Under the pieces are notes generated by a model. That model did no database searches and had not been told where the DNA came from. It was given only the letters and a program-made list of their open reading frames with translations. A program made the translations under genes and the position numbers. Source: Calcarisporiella thermophila CBS 279.70 (Eukaryota; Fungi; Calcarisporiellomycota). From it: a stretch of DNA of 64,000 nucleotides. This document shows positions 51,108 to 63,499 of the stretch, in pieces (position 1 is the stretch's first letter; each line of letters opens with the position of its first letter). The stretch spans positions 517,935-581,934 of the forward strand of contig NW_027192211.1 in the NCBI RefSeq assembly GCF_041956535.1, given 5' to 3'.

Positions 51108-51803
51108 ATGTCTTTCCCTAACGCTCCATTCTACATTCAACTACGAGAGAAGGACCTTGTCCTGGATGTGCAGAATGCCAGCTCGGAGCCCGGTGCAAAT
51201 ATTATCCTCTGGAACAGGAAGTCCGAGAACAACGCCAATCAACAATGGAGGTAATTGATCACTCCATTTTAACCTTACTATATACCATTTCAAATACTCG
51301 TCCGCAAATGCTTTCAACCCGTGGAATTCTTAATACCCTATGCTTACGTATAGATACGAGAATGGTAAACTCATCAACCTGCAGAGCAATCTTGCTTTGA
51401 GTGTCCCCTCCCTCCAGCCTAATGTGGCCTTGCAGCAGCAACATCCTAGTGGAGACGAGCAGAACTTCGAGTATGTGTTTCCAACCACATAATAATATAT
51501 ATAATCCTATTTTTCGAAATAATATGCGAAAGCTGAATGCATGTGTGTTAATTATGTATCTTTATTCTTATTCTTCTTTAGATTCTACGACTATACTATC
51601 TCGTCCCAGGACAATGACAGTTTGGTCCTGGGCGCTATAGCCCCTGTGGAAGGTAACCAAGTTGCTTTGGTGCCTCGCAATGTGAGATATACTTTATATT
51701 CTTAACGAGCAAATTGCATATGGCTTTGATGGATACTAATGTACCCTTGTACACGTGGTAGGATGACGACTGGAACCAGCAATGGGAGCTTGTCGTTGCT
51801 TAA
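51108..51803 (+). CDS. Cytoplasmic ricin-B (beta-trefoil) lectin, 4 exons
   Basis: Spliced: MSFPNAPFYIQ...LVLDV...GANIILW...NQQWR|YENGKLIN..SNLAL...|...LVLG...|DDDWNQQWELVVA*; QxW repeats. Confidence 0.88.
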
Positions 51804-54800
51804 TGAATCCTATTCCAATTCCCGTTTTTCAACCGCCCTATCCATATTTTGCATTACAGTGGGAATCTGTGTTAGCTGGATAATAAAATATGAATAATAT
51901 ATAATTACGGTCTACTTTTCAAGCTTATTGCAAAACAATATTCATTACCATCCCTTCGTTTGTTCTAGCATACCGATTCCCTATAGTAAAACCACAATTC
52001 CATTTGGATATGCAACGGTGAGCCTAAAGTAACTCTAGCTTTATGTATGGGAGAGCATACTCGGTATAGCAACATCATTTCGAAAACATTAAGTGTATCG
52101 TAATACTTCAAGTATTCTTGTAGTTTGAAATTTGCCCAAGACTCAATGGTCGACCTAATCTCGTGTTTATTCAAATTAGTAATACTGGGCATGCAAATTG
52201 GAAAAGGTTAATAAAAAAAAAAAAACGGGAAAACATTCAACTACTGTTATTATTTGGCGAGTGCAAACTCACTTAGTTTCCACAACTTGATTGATGGTCT
52301 GTCAAAATTCCGGACTGGCGAAGGTGTCTCTCCGAATTAAGACGCGGTATTGGATAACGAAACTTTATATATTAATGATTTATTATTTCATAACCATAGT
52401 TTGGAATGGTATCTGTATAGGCTCTTGCGCAACAATATTTTAACCGACAACCTATTGGTCATCATCAGCGTACAACTCATTTACAAATTTTGCGTTCGCT
52501 TTAGACTAACTATTGGCGACTAAGGCGAAAGTGAAAAAATCACGAAACATTCAGGGGCTACAGTGTTAATAATATTAACTCCATTATCTGAATGAGATAT
52601 CATGGTAGAATGTTTGACAAAATTACCTATGGAAGGCCGCTAGTGAAATATACGAAATCGGTTTCACTTGTGTTGGGCAGAAATGTTTATTGAACAGTGT
52701 TTAAGTAAAATTAAACTTTATTATAACTCTAGCTTATATTGATCTGGGATGGACATAGGATCAAAGTTTAGCGAAGTATATACAGACTATCGTCTTCACA
52801 GATACTATTAATGGCTTGGACTTTATTGCAAATATATAAGTGCCTATTTAATCAATTGATAACGAAAAGAGAAATCTACGATGACGCTATTATCTTTAGT
52901 AATCGTGAACATTATCCAAACATTAGAGAGAAGTAGGTCACCAGATGCAGCTAATAACTCTTCTAGATTGACAATCGTTTTGCTCCCAGGATCAGGTTGT
53001 TGGCCATTTTAAATTACTGGAAGTGGTTTACCTAAAGAGTTTTCAAAGATATCTCATTGCATTTTTCACAAGCTGCATCTCTGGAGAATTTGCAGAAGAG
53101 TACCAGCTGTTTTTCGGTGGACACAGGCTGTCTTCTCGTCCATAACTTGTCATCAAGTTCAATAGGATGACTGATATACGTGATTTTTCAGCGTAACCTT
53201 AGCATTGGGAACAGACAGTACCAATATACTTCGCCAATAGATAGATTCACGCTGTTTAAGAGCCTGGTGTGACCGATAAACGAACGTCGCTCTTCTCTTT
53301 GAGTCTCTTGTTGGCACACAAATAAATAGTAAACAATGATGTTGGTTTAACAAAAGCAGCGCAATATATTCCGTGGTTGATAGTGAGAAATATTGATATC
53401 AACTACCCAACGACTTTAATACTCCACAAAGACGAGAGTAATTAGTTATAACCAATTTTGCAATATCAATAACTAGCCGAAATCTTGTGAAGGTGATGAG
53501 ATGAACATGAATTTATTATCGTATAAGAAAGGGCGCATAATTTTAATATGAATCACAAGTCTGAGGATCTCGGTTTGATATATATCTTTAGGCCTCTCTA
53601 CATATTTTAGTTATATCTCTTATTGTCAATGAAATCAGAAATAGATTTTATTAATAAATTCTGCGAAGGTGAGTTAATTTTTCCATAGGATAATGTATTT
53701 ATGCCTACTATGCATGCCAATGATGGTCTCAATTGGTCCTATTAAAATAATTATGAATCTGTTAACGAGGCGATAAAGTGGTAAAAGTTTATGGCTTCTT
53801 TATGACTAAGTTCAGGCATAAAGTTTCAAAATAGACTCCAAACGGGTTTGCCCGTTCTGCATTCCGAGATTCATGAAATAAAACTCGAGGATAATCACAG
53901 TTTAGAAAAATTGTCACATATATCAATTTTTTGGCCAAGACAAAATGTTGTTTATTATGTTATTACGTGGGAAAAGGTGGCTCTGAGCACTTGTTTTTGA
54001 TTAACCGTACCAAGAAGTTCTCATTGAGTGGCAATGAAAATTGAGGAAGCAGAGAATAAGCACAGGTTGAATATTTTGAGGCACTGAAACTTGACACCAT
54101 TTTATATTGTAAATCATGGGATTGGGTATATAGAGTTTCAATAACAAGCGTGCTCCATTTCATGCAGGTTTAAATTAAAACCTACTGGGAACCAAGCCGA
54201 TTCGCGGCGAAATTTGTCACAGTAATAAATGGATATAAACTCTTAATTAGATATTTAACTATTAATCCATCCAAGTTAGCATAGTCGGGCATAATACCTT
54301 GGGATTCACCTAGCATTCAGTATGAGCAGGATTTATAACTTTGAAAGAATGTGTGAAGAACTTGGCTGTAAATCCCAAATGCTTAGTATATATCAATTTG
54401 AATAAGTAAAAATAGCTGCGCTTTCAGAAAGAATACCTATTGAAATTTTTCGAACATGCTTACGATAGTGCGAGAAAAAATGTTCCTAGGAATACCTAGG
54501 CAAAACTTTTATGAGTTGTTTTGGAAATTAAGAATCCAAAAGCGACCGAATTTCAGCAAATCTTATTTGCTGCATGGTTTCACCCCAAACAACACGCCCC
54601 TTTCTCGGATTCACTTATTCTTTCTCACATATCAGCAGATATATATACATTTTATAATGTAGCATAAGGGTTTCTCCACAGTGCCGATCTTCAATTAAAT
54701 TGTAAGTTTCCCGGCGTAAAGCCAAGTTCAAACAAACTTCGGTAAAGCAACGAGATGAGCCTCGCAAGAGATAGTTTTGGCGGGTATCGAATTTTACTAT

Positions 54801-55472
54801 TCCACTTTCTCGCTAAAACCATTCAAATGCTTATTATGTCGTCCCTAACTCATGCTGTCCGCTCTCGTTATACATCTGTCATGCTAAGCTGTTGAGTGTT
54901 TATAAACCAACACTAGGGTATTAAAAGAAAATTTGGATCAGTTTATGGGCTTACTTCCTCATAATGTATGATTCCACACCAACACGCGCTTTCATTAGCT
55001 GATATATCTTCTTGAATATGAGAGTTGCAAAACCCAGTTGCCATGGATATTTAATTCAATTTAATGGCTTGCTTTCATGTTCGACATTGTTGTTTGAAAG
55101 CTTCCTGCTATTATAATTGCTCCTCAGATTTGTCTTTGATTGTTTGTTAGCGTTTCAAACGTTCAGTGTCGAAATGTGCCACGTGGGACTCCACCTGTAC
55201 AAACGTAATAATTTGGTCTCAGCTCTTCGTTACCCTTTAAGTTAGAGATTAGAGCTAATATTCAAGATTAGTATTATAGAAAGAGACATGAATGTAGATG
55301 ATATGGTTGGAAACTCTTACTAAAATATGAAGAGTATGCGTTCAAGTAGTGAATTTGTAGGTCTTCCGGGAGATAAAATTATAGCTTTTTTCCCAACATT
55401 TTTTTAATTAGATTTGAAACTACTCATTTAACCATATGGGGAGATTAGCTAAGTGAATGAACCAATTAGGGG

Positions 55473-56603
55473 ATGATGGAGTTACGACTCCGCAATATCA
55501 TAATATATAAACTACCCGATCAACTCCACGACAAAGAAAACAATGATTATTACCATTACCTGACGACAACTATGGATTTATCGAGCAATAACTCCACCCT
55601 TAGTGCATGTTGTGCTTCTGTTAACTTCCTAACGGAATGCCGCCCTAAGAATCTAGTACCACATATGGGGAAGCAGGAGATCATTAAATCCTGTAGTATT
55701 TCTGGAGTTACCGTGTTCATAGGGATATGGATCATCCTACTCTCTCTCCCGTACATCTACAAGGCGACGCAGAACAAGACCCCAAAGAATTTATTTACAA
55801 AAATCATCAAAATAATTACCAGTGTCTTGGTGGGACTATGCTATTTCGTTACTCAGCTACAAGATCTTCTCTTTTGCAATTACCTCAGTGATTACGCGTA
55901 TGCTTCCGGTCCCCTTCTTGCAATTGCGCTAAGCACACTCTTTTCCGCATTAAACAGTCTTATCATTATTGATTCCTTGAAATTATATAATACGCTTGTG
56001 ATGCAGTCATCGTTCGTATCCAGTTGGAGTAAGTTCCAGTATCTTATCCAAGGGCTCTCTTTTGCGAACTTAGGATGCTCCGTGATCATTACCATCGTTT
56101 TGATCAATCACACAGACGTGATGATCTTTTGGAAGACGATCAACACCTTAATCATACTCGAGTCGGGTATATACTTCTTTTTCTCCCTCGTCACGAGCAT
56201 ATGCTTTCATAGATCTTGCACAAAGATCATCCGTGCGCGCAACAACGATCTTGTATTCCAGATCTTCGGGCGAATCACACTGATCCTCATGTTGTTGGGT
56301 TACAATTTCTTTACCTGGATGATCATTACTGTCAAGACCGAGTTGGAGCACAAGTTTGCCTCCACCGAAACTGTGAAAGTGATATACGTCATCATGGGAC
56401 AGCTCATTGCGATCTACTTTGCTTATGCAATTGTAGAGCCATATATTATGGAGTATATAAAGCGAACTCCACCGTCATCCTTTAACATTCCAAGTGCATT
56501 GATGCGCAATACCGCACAGGGTGATGTGCAGAAATCAAATATCGTCACACCCGTTCAACCCTCCGTTGAAGTAACGGAATCCTTACAAGAACGATGCGTA
56601 TGA
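55473..56603 (+). CDS. Orphan multipass (about 7 TM) membrane protein
   Basis: Cys-containing N-terminal region, about 7 hydrophobic helices, polar tail; true start may be the ATG at ~55572. Confidence 0.65.
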   Translation: MMELRLRNIIIYKLPDQLHDKENNDYYHYLTTTMDLSSNNSTLSACCASVNFLTECRPKNLVPHMGKQEIIKSCSISGVTVFIGIWIILLSLPYIYKATQNKTPKNLFTKIIKIITSVLVGLCYFVTQLQDLLFCNYLSDYAYASGPLLAIALSTLFSALNSLIIIDSLKLYNTLVMQSSFVSSWSKFQYLIQGLSFANLGCSVIITIVLINHTDVMIFWKTINTLIILESGIYFFFSLVTSICFHRSCTKIIRARNNDLVFQIFGRITLILMLLGYNFFTWMIITVKTELEHKFASTETVKVIYVIMGQLIAIYFAYAIVEPYIMEYIKRTPPSSFNIPSALMRNTAQGDVQKSNIVTPVQPSVEVTESLQERCV

Positions 56604-57733
56604 GACTTGCTCCACTAGCACTATTAATTTTATTTTTAGGAGTCTTTAAGTAAACTGTGAATTAAGTGAGTTTATTAAACGTTATATTGTAATTAGGAAT
56701 GCTAATAATTCGGGTTCTTACGAATGAATGTTTACGCTTCATACTGCACTCTCATTGTTTATATCATTCCAATCCCAGATGTAATTTGTGCATAAGTAAA
56801 ATATATAAGTTATACTTCTAAAAATTTAATGATAAATAAGAACTCATGTGAGTTTGATATTTTCCAGTTGGGTCGTCTAAGATTATTGTATATAATAATG
56901 TTTACTAATGGCTAAATATCCTTGTTCTGAGGATTATTGTGAGGGTGTATAGTTTTTTGCATTATTGGTAAGTAGAGCACACTCATCGGAATCATTTAAA
57001 ACTTCATGCATTTAAACCAATTGTGTCGCAGAACTTCATTGATCGAGGCCTATAGATATAAGCTTCGTATTAGTAAAGATATCCAGAACAACTTCATCGT
57101 TGTATGATCCAAACTATCTTATATTAAGCGAAGCCTTATGCCAAAGTTATTGGGATCGTTTGAAATTCGGCCACATATCGGAGACGTCCGATCCAGTCAT
57201 CATTCAACAGCTATCAACAATGTCCAATCCTAGAGTATCGCTATGTGAAGTCAATACATATAAGCTTCAGCTTAGTAAAGGACTCGCGGCAAATGTACGA
57301 TGGTTAGTTCAGGCGGCCTTATATTACTTTATTATGGCGAATAGCTGAAAGTGAGGATTGAGCAGATTTAGCAAAATTAGCATGGATTTCTCACGCGTTG
57401 GGAACCTTAAAAATATTTTTCAACGACAATATAGCGGTTTTTCACCGGAACTAGAAATCACAGAAAACCGATAACTTTTTTTGGGATATGTACAGAGAAG
57501 ATAGAAGAGTTAATATATAAATAGTAATAAGACTGGGATTGTATTATCTCAGATATGTGTTCTAAATAGGTTATAATTTGTTTGTCTTTAGTCATTTTGG
57601 AGTACTGATTTACTAATATTGAAACTTATATTGAAATTTGAAACTACTACCATCATCATGGATATATAAACCTGCACAAATCCAAAACTCAGGGATCTCA
57701 TTAACGCAAATCCTACTCTAACAATAGAACAAG

Positions 57734-58173
57734 ATGAAGCCTACACGATTATTTTCAATTGCAACTCTCCTTATTAGCGTCGTATTCGCTGATGTAGCTA
57801 CCAACGTAACAACCTCGCGGGATCTTTATAAACGAATTAGGGCTGATGACGCTGTTGTTCTTTTCATTGATCACCGGTCTGACCTGGCTTCGCTAGTTCA
57901 AGATTTCAATGTAGACGAGTTTAGGAATAATGTTCTTGCTCTAGCCGAAATCTCGAAGTACTTCAATCTGCCTACTGTTTTGACCACCAGTTTCGAGGAT
58001 GGTCCCAATGGCCCAATTTTCCCCGAAATTAAGGAAACATTCCCGAATGCCGCCTTTATTCCTCGACCTGGGCAAATCAACGTCTGCGATAATGCTGATT
58101 TGGTCAATACAGTTAAGCTACCGGTCATAGGCAACTACTCAGAGAAGCTTGCATAGAGCCTGAAATGAAATAA
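57734..58173 (+). pseudogene. YcaC-like isochorismatase-family hydrolase with signal peptide; frameshifted and truncated
   Basis: Close recalled match to bacterial YcaC (NNVLALA...KYFNLPT.LTTSFE.GPNGP; RPGQIN). Frame shifts at ~58117 into ATGHRQLL, then ends before the catalytic Cys region. Confidence 0.8.
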
Positions 58174-58871
58174 TAAGCTTGACATAGAGGCTTGAATATT
58201 TAAGCAGTGTTCAATTTATTTTGAATATTCTGTAGTTGTGAACTCATCAGTTTTGTTTATCACATATTTACATGATATATTTTGTTCAAGACTAAAAGCA
58301 CCAAAACCAAAAGCTTTTACGCATTTTAAGATAGCACATCTAAAACAATGCATTTGTTATAAAGCTACATCTGAATTTCCTAAAACTTAATTCAATGGTA
58401 TGAGCAAACATTTTTAAATTATAATGACGGAAAAGTGAGTATGTGACTTGATAGATTGTGGTTAATTCAAATATTTTGATGCTAAATAAAAAAATAATAT
58501 GACATAATAATTCTTTGGTTTGGAATGATATTCATGCTAGCATAAAGCTATGCAATAAAAATAACACTATAGCCTCTGAGGGAGATTCGAGAAATCTGTC
58601 CAAGGCAATCTGGAATTAGCATTAGATTTAGATGCGAAGTAACAGCTAGCAGTATTTTCAACTAGTAATTTTTAAAGATTTTTTAAGCAGGAATATTTAA
58701 ATAAATTAATAGTAAAAGATGTCGATTAATATCATTTCATAATATATGCGTGTATCTTGTTTCATATTTAAATAAACCTAAATACTAGATCCCAAAGACT
58801 TCGATGAACTATGACAAACAACGTAATCGGACTTATATCACAAAAAAAACTAACCTTATAGTATCCATAAG

Positions 58872-60710
58872 CTAGGGTTGCTTTTTTGCATCCTCTAGGA
58901 TAATATCTGCAGCCTTCAATGCCAGCATGTGTGTGAACAATACAGGAAAATAACCAGGTGTCTCTGGGAATGCAGACCCGTCTACTACTCTTAAACGCTT
59001 TATTCCTCGAACGCGAAATCTTCCGTCCAGAACTGCCATGGGGTCGTCGTCGTTGCCAATTTTGGCAGTGCAACATCCATGGTGACCAAAAGTTTCCTTT
59101 CGAACAAAATCGACCAACTCCTCGTCAGTTGCTACTTCTTTCCCAGGACGTAGTTCTTCGTATTTTGAGAATTTTTTCTTAGTTTCCATGCGCAGCTTTT
59201 TGATATTATCCACTATTGCAATAATATCTTCTTCGCCGTCTTGCTGGAAAAATTGAAAATTAATATCGGGTACGTCAAATGGGTCGGAAGATTTCAACTT
59301 GATGACCCCGGGGTTTGTAGAATGGGCCTTAAGAGTCACACGGGTAAAGGTATTTAAATGTTTAGCAATATCTACATTGTGACCTATATAGAAACGAGGA
59401 ATATAGCCGCCAGTAGTGTAGGTAAAAATATCGGGCGTATCTAGTTCAGGTCTTGATTTAGACAGTCTGCCTGATATGAAGCCATTGGTTATATAAGGTC
59501 CTGCTCGTCGTTCAACGTATTGGCGATAGCAATAGTCATCCATAGAAGGGCTAAATTTACAGCCTTTAACCGCAGAATACTCCTTCGGCAACTGGACAAT
59601 ATATGAGGTTTCGTAATTTTCTTGTAAGTTTCTCCCCACACCAGGTAAGTGAGCTGACGTATTGATATTATGCAATGCTAACTGATCTCGGTCACCTATT
59701 CCACTCAACATTAGCAGCTGTGGCGTTTGTATAAAGCCACCAGATATTATAATTTCTCGCCGTGCTGCTACAACGCCTCGAGAAGCCTGGGCGCGATTTT
59801 GATCGTTGGAATGGGGACTCGCTTTGTATAAATATTTTCCATATTGATACTCGACACCATATGCCACCTGTGAGTCTATGACAATTCGTGTGGCATAGGT
59901 ATTGGTCCAAATATCAAAATTAGGTAATTTCTGTGCATGATGAACGATGTAGCCTAAATAGTTGCCGCGTGTACCTGTGGTAGGATCAATGTTGGTGGGA
60001 ATAAAAAAACTCGATTCTACGTCTGTCCCAAGTCGTTTCTTAGAGTAACCGTTAAGATCGTGAAAAGGATTGGGCAGAAATGCTGTAAACAACTTGACAG
60101 CTTGCAGATCAAATGAGCGAAAAAGATTTAGTTTCTTAATATCAGCTATTTTTATAAAATCATTGAAACTAGTTGGGAAAAAACCATCGTCGCCGTGCGC
60201 TTCCGACGATCTCATGAATTTTGGATAATAATTTTTCTCCATACGCTTGAAATATTCGCGCATATGTGGTTCATCGAAGGTTTCATCACCAGTTGCTTTA
60301 ACGAGTGTATCAAAATCACGTTTGTTAGGATAAACAGCGGTCATACCATTGTGGATAGAACACCCTCCCAATGCACCCACCCTTGGATAGAAGGCTGTAT
60401 CCTGGTGCTGAGTATCATTTTCGGCATAAATTCTTGGGAAAAATTCAGATCCAATATCGGGGTCTTCAAAAGCTCGAACACAAAAGGCGGGCACAGTATC
60501 GTTGACACTAGTGTGCCATGGACCTCCTTCTATTAATAATGTTGAATAGCCTGCCTTGGCAAGTTCGACCGCCAACGTCCCACCAGCAGTTCCTCCACCC
60601 ACTACAATGTAATCGTATTCCCTTATTCCAGGTTTTTCATCCAGCACCTCCGCACAGGAGATGAAAACCAGCCATAAGTACAGAAATATATAATTCAAAT
60701 TGAAACTCAT
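58872..60710 (-). CDS. Secreted GMC oxidoreductase (choline-dehydrogenase-like)
   Basis: Signal peptide, YDYIVVGGGTAG, LGGCSIHN, TPQLLMLSGIG, GVGRNL, FGHHGCCT, LRVVDGSAFP; intronless. Confidence 0.93.
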   Translation of the reverse strand: MSFNLNYIFLYLWLVFISCAEVLDEKPGIREYDYIVVGGGTAGGTLAVELAKAGYSTLLIEGGPWHTSVNDTVPAFCVRAFEDPDIGSEFFPRIYAENDTQHQDTAFYPRVGALGGCSIHNGMTAVYPNKRDFDTLVKATGDETFDEPHMREYFKRMEKNYYPKFMRSSEAHGDDGFFPTSFNDFIKIADIKKLNLFRSFDLQAVKLFTAFLPNPFHDLNGYSKKRLGTDVESSFFIPTNIDPTTGTRGNYLGYIVHHAQKLPNFDIWTNTYATRIVIDSQVAYGVEYQYGKYLYKASPHSNDQNRAQASRGVVAARREIIISGGFIQTPQLLMLSGIGDRDQLALHNINTSAHLPGVGRNLQENYETSYIVQLPKEYSAVKGCKFSPSMDDYCYRQYVERRAGPYITNGFISGRLSKSRPELDTPDIFTYTTGGYIPRFYIGHNVDIAKHLNTFTRVTLKAHSTNPGVIKLKSSDPFDVPDINFQFFQQDGEEDIIAIVDNIKKLRMETKKKFSKYEELRPGKEVATDEELVDFVRKETFGHHGCCTAKIGNDDDPMAVLDGRFRVRGIKRLRVVDGSAFPETPGYFPVLFTHMLALKAADIILEDAKKQP

Positions 60711-62203
60711 TTTAATAGAATGGATTCAAAATAAGAATGGAAACTTAAACAGAAATCACCAAGCTTTTAAATAAAGAAAATTATTCTAGAAAGAATAAAT
60801 TGAAAACATATAAAACAAAAACGTTTATAATATTTATTGGCACAGCTAGAGTTAAAAACAATCCCCGGTTTAAAGTGAAAAAATCGTGATCGGCGATTTT
60901 TTTTTTGGGAATATTCGCCCTAAGATAAATTTGTAACGCATTATATACAATAACGCGTAAGATAGTGAAACACTAGCTATTGGAGTTAAGTTAATTTTAA
61001 TGTATAGGAGCAGTATACTATTCTTAATATCTGAATATTATTATAGGGATCAAATAATTTAAAGTTAGCAGAAGCCAGAATAGGACATATCAGGTTGGTA
61101 CATCTTATATAACCCGCTGTGATTTTTCGTATTAAATGACAGATGTTATAAGTAAAAGAGATTGTGTTGCTGAGCAAACCTTGCTATAAATGCAATCTAT
61201 TATGCTATATACCACTAAGATTTTGAGAACACAGTAGTCTTCGTTATGCCAGTATTAACCCTCAAGTTTGATATGATAAATTGGTTGAGTTTACTTATAA
61301 TTTGTTCTTATAAATGTTGGAGAACGACCAGGCATGATCTAAGCCTGAATAGTTGTTGTGTTACGACGGTTATTTCATACTTATACAAATATGTATAAGC
61401 AAGTATCTTATCATCATTATTAGTCATCATCTCCTATTCTATCATATATATAGGATGTGCTTTCTCTCTTTTGAATTCTCTAGTGGTGTATGTTATTTGT
61501 ATTATCCCTTCTATCTGTCTTCTTTCCTTTTATTAATATACTCTTAATCAGTTCTAACAATAAATCATAAATAGTGATTGTTTTCATTTAATCTAAGATG
61601 CATTTTATGTCCCATTCAATATATCGTTGTAGCGAGCAGGGAATGCCTAATCAACTATATTCTGAAATTGAATATTTTGATATTATAGCTTACAGTATTA
61701 TCATAATTTAAAGCGAAAAAATTCTTAACCTCTCATAAACTTAAAGCAAGCTCGCAGTACAATTCTATTAAAATATATGACTTCACGGCTGTATTTAAGA
61801 ACCTATTTTCGTAAAGATACTATAGTAATCGTGTGCCAATATATTATTACTTTATGCGCAATCTATTAAGACAAGTTTCCGATGCAGTTTATTTGAGTTT
61901 GATTGTCTACACTTTAGTATATATGTACATAAATTTACTAAATTGCTAATAAGGATTCTCGGAATTTCATATATTAATAATACCAAAAAAGTAAATATAT
62001 ACATTTGGAAAATTGTTTATGAAGATCCGCCCGGTAAGTTGTTCAGTGGAACACGGTTATATCATGTTTATTTGCCAGAAATCACTTATAATGGCTTAGC
62101 AAGTGTGGGCACAAATTGTGTCACACGATTTACACAAAATATATATGAGTTACTGATAGCACTTTCGGTCATAAAAGTATAGCTACTCTTAAAGTCTTAA
62201 AAA

Positions 62204-63499
62204 ATGAATGGTGCAAGTAATGAAAATTTACCAAAATTCTTCTCGGAGGAGCAATTGATCACTGCAAACACTGGAGGTACTTCAAATAGAAATTTATTGT
62301 ATCAACCAATGGTGGCGCGTAGTACAACTGAAGAGCATCGCGCATCCACACCGCTGGAGCTTCTATTTGATCTGTGTTTTGTAGTTGCAGTTTCGCAAGC
62401 AGGAGTCCAACTTCACCATTTTTTGATGGAAGGCAATGTTGGGCTCGGGGTTCTAGGTTACGGGATGGTGTTCTTTGGCATCTGGTGGGCATGGATGCTT
62501 TTCACATGGTTCGCATCTGCATATGATACCGACGATGTACCATATCGAATAGCTACATTAATTCAAATCGCTGGGGCGCTCATTATTTCTGCTGGAATCC
62601 CACGCGCCTTTAATAACGCTGACTTTACTGTCGTCACTGCTGGATATGTTGTTATGCGCGTGGCGCTGGTTGGGCAATGGATTCGTGCAGCTCGACAACA
62701 TAGGGATCGCCGAAAATCTGCTTTAATTTATGCTATTGGTATCACTCTCTGCCAAATGGGATGGCTGGCTCGACTCGCGTTGCCACTTGTGCCGTGGGGA
62801 TATATTGGATTTGCAATCCTGGTTATCCTTGAGTTAATGGTTCCTATATTGGCAGAACTTGCAGGCTCCCTACAATGGCATCCTGGCCACATATCCGAGA
62901 GATATGGACTGTTCACTCTTATTGTTCTCGGTGAATCTGTTCTGGCAGCAACCACCGCCGTTCAATCTGGTTTGGACTCTGGGCAACCTATTGGTAATCT
63001 TCTTGTGGTTGCTGCAGGAGGATTGTTGATATTTTTTAGTATGTGGTGGATATATTTTGATCAGCCTAATCACCATTTTATGATTGCCGCACGAGAAATG
63101 CGTACCTCCCGATTGGCTTTTTACTGGGGCTACGGTCACTATATCATATTTGCCTCCGCCGCAGCAGTCGGCTCCGGGCTGGAAGTCGCCATCGATATCT
63201 CAATCCATTCCACAAGTGGTCATGTGGGATTGGCCGTTTGGGGTGGAAGTGCCACGGTGGCCATTCCTGTCGCTTGCTATCTAATTAGCGTTTGGCTCTT
63301 GCATAGAAATATTCACTTCAACCAAATTAGTCGAAATATAGCATATCCGGTCGTGGCCATTCTTATCTTAGCTTCTCCTGCATTAGGCTTGGTTCCATCA
63401 GCAGCTCATTTTTCAGTCCTTATTATTGGACTACTCATGTCCCTTTTAGTCATCATCGTAGTGGCAACTCGGCCAATTGAAACTTCTTGCCAAGCTTGA
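62204..63499 (+). CDS. Low temperature requirement A (LtrA) family membrane protein, bacterial-like
   Basis: HRASTPLELLFDLCFVVAV, WWAWMLFTWFASAYDTDD, WHPGHISERYGLFTLIVLGE, WWIYF, WGYGH; intronless. Confidence 0.92.
   Translation: MNGASNENLPKFFSEEQLITANTGGTSNRNLLYQPMVARSTTEEHRASTPLELLFDLCFVVAVSQAGVQLHHFLMEGNVGLGVLGYGMVFFGIWWAWMLFTWFASAYDTDDVPYRIATLIQIAGALIISAGIPRAFNNADFTVVTAGYVVMRVALVGQWIRAARQHRDRRKSALIYAIGITLCQMGWLARLALPLVPWGYIGFAILVILELMVPILAELAGSLQWHPGHISERYGLFTLIVLGESVLAATTAVQSGLDSGQPIGNLLVVAAGGLLIFFSMWWIYFDQPNHHFMIAAREMRTSRLAFYWGYGHYIIFASAAAVGSGLEVAIDISIHSTSGHVGLAVWGGSATVAIPVACYLISVWLLHRNIHFNQISRNIAYPVVAILILASPALGLVPSAAHFSVLIIGLLMSLLVIIVVATRPIETSCQA

Noticed and set aside
52950-53350. 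Coding-like composition, possible pseudogene
   Set aside because: All frames interrupted and no recognisable motif.
57050-57348. Short ORF and ~20-bp imperfect direct repeat (ATATAAGCTTC...TTAGTAAAG)
   Set aside because: Only two degenerate copies; no family recognised.
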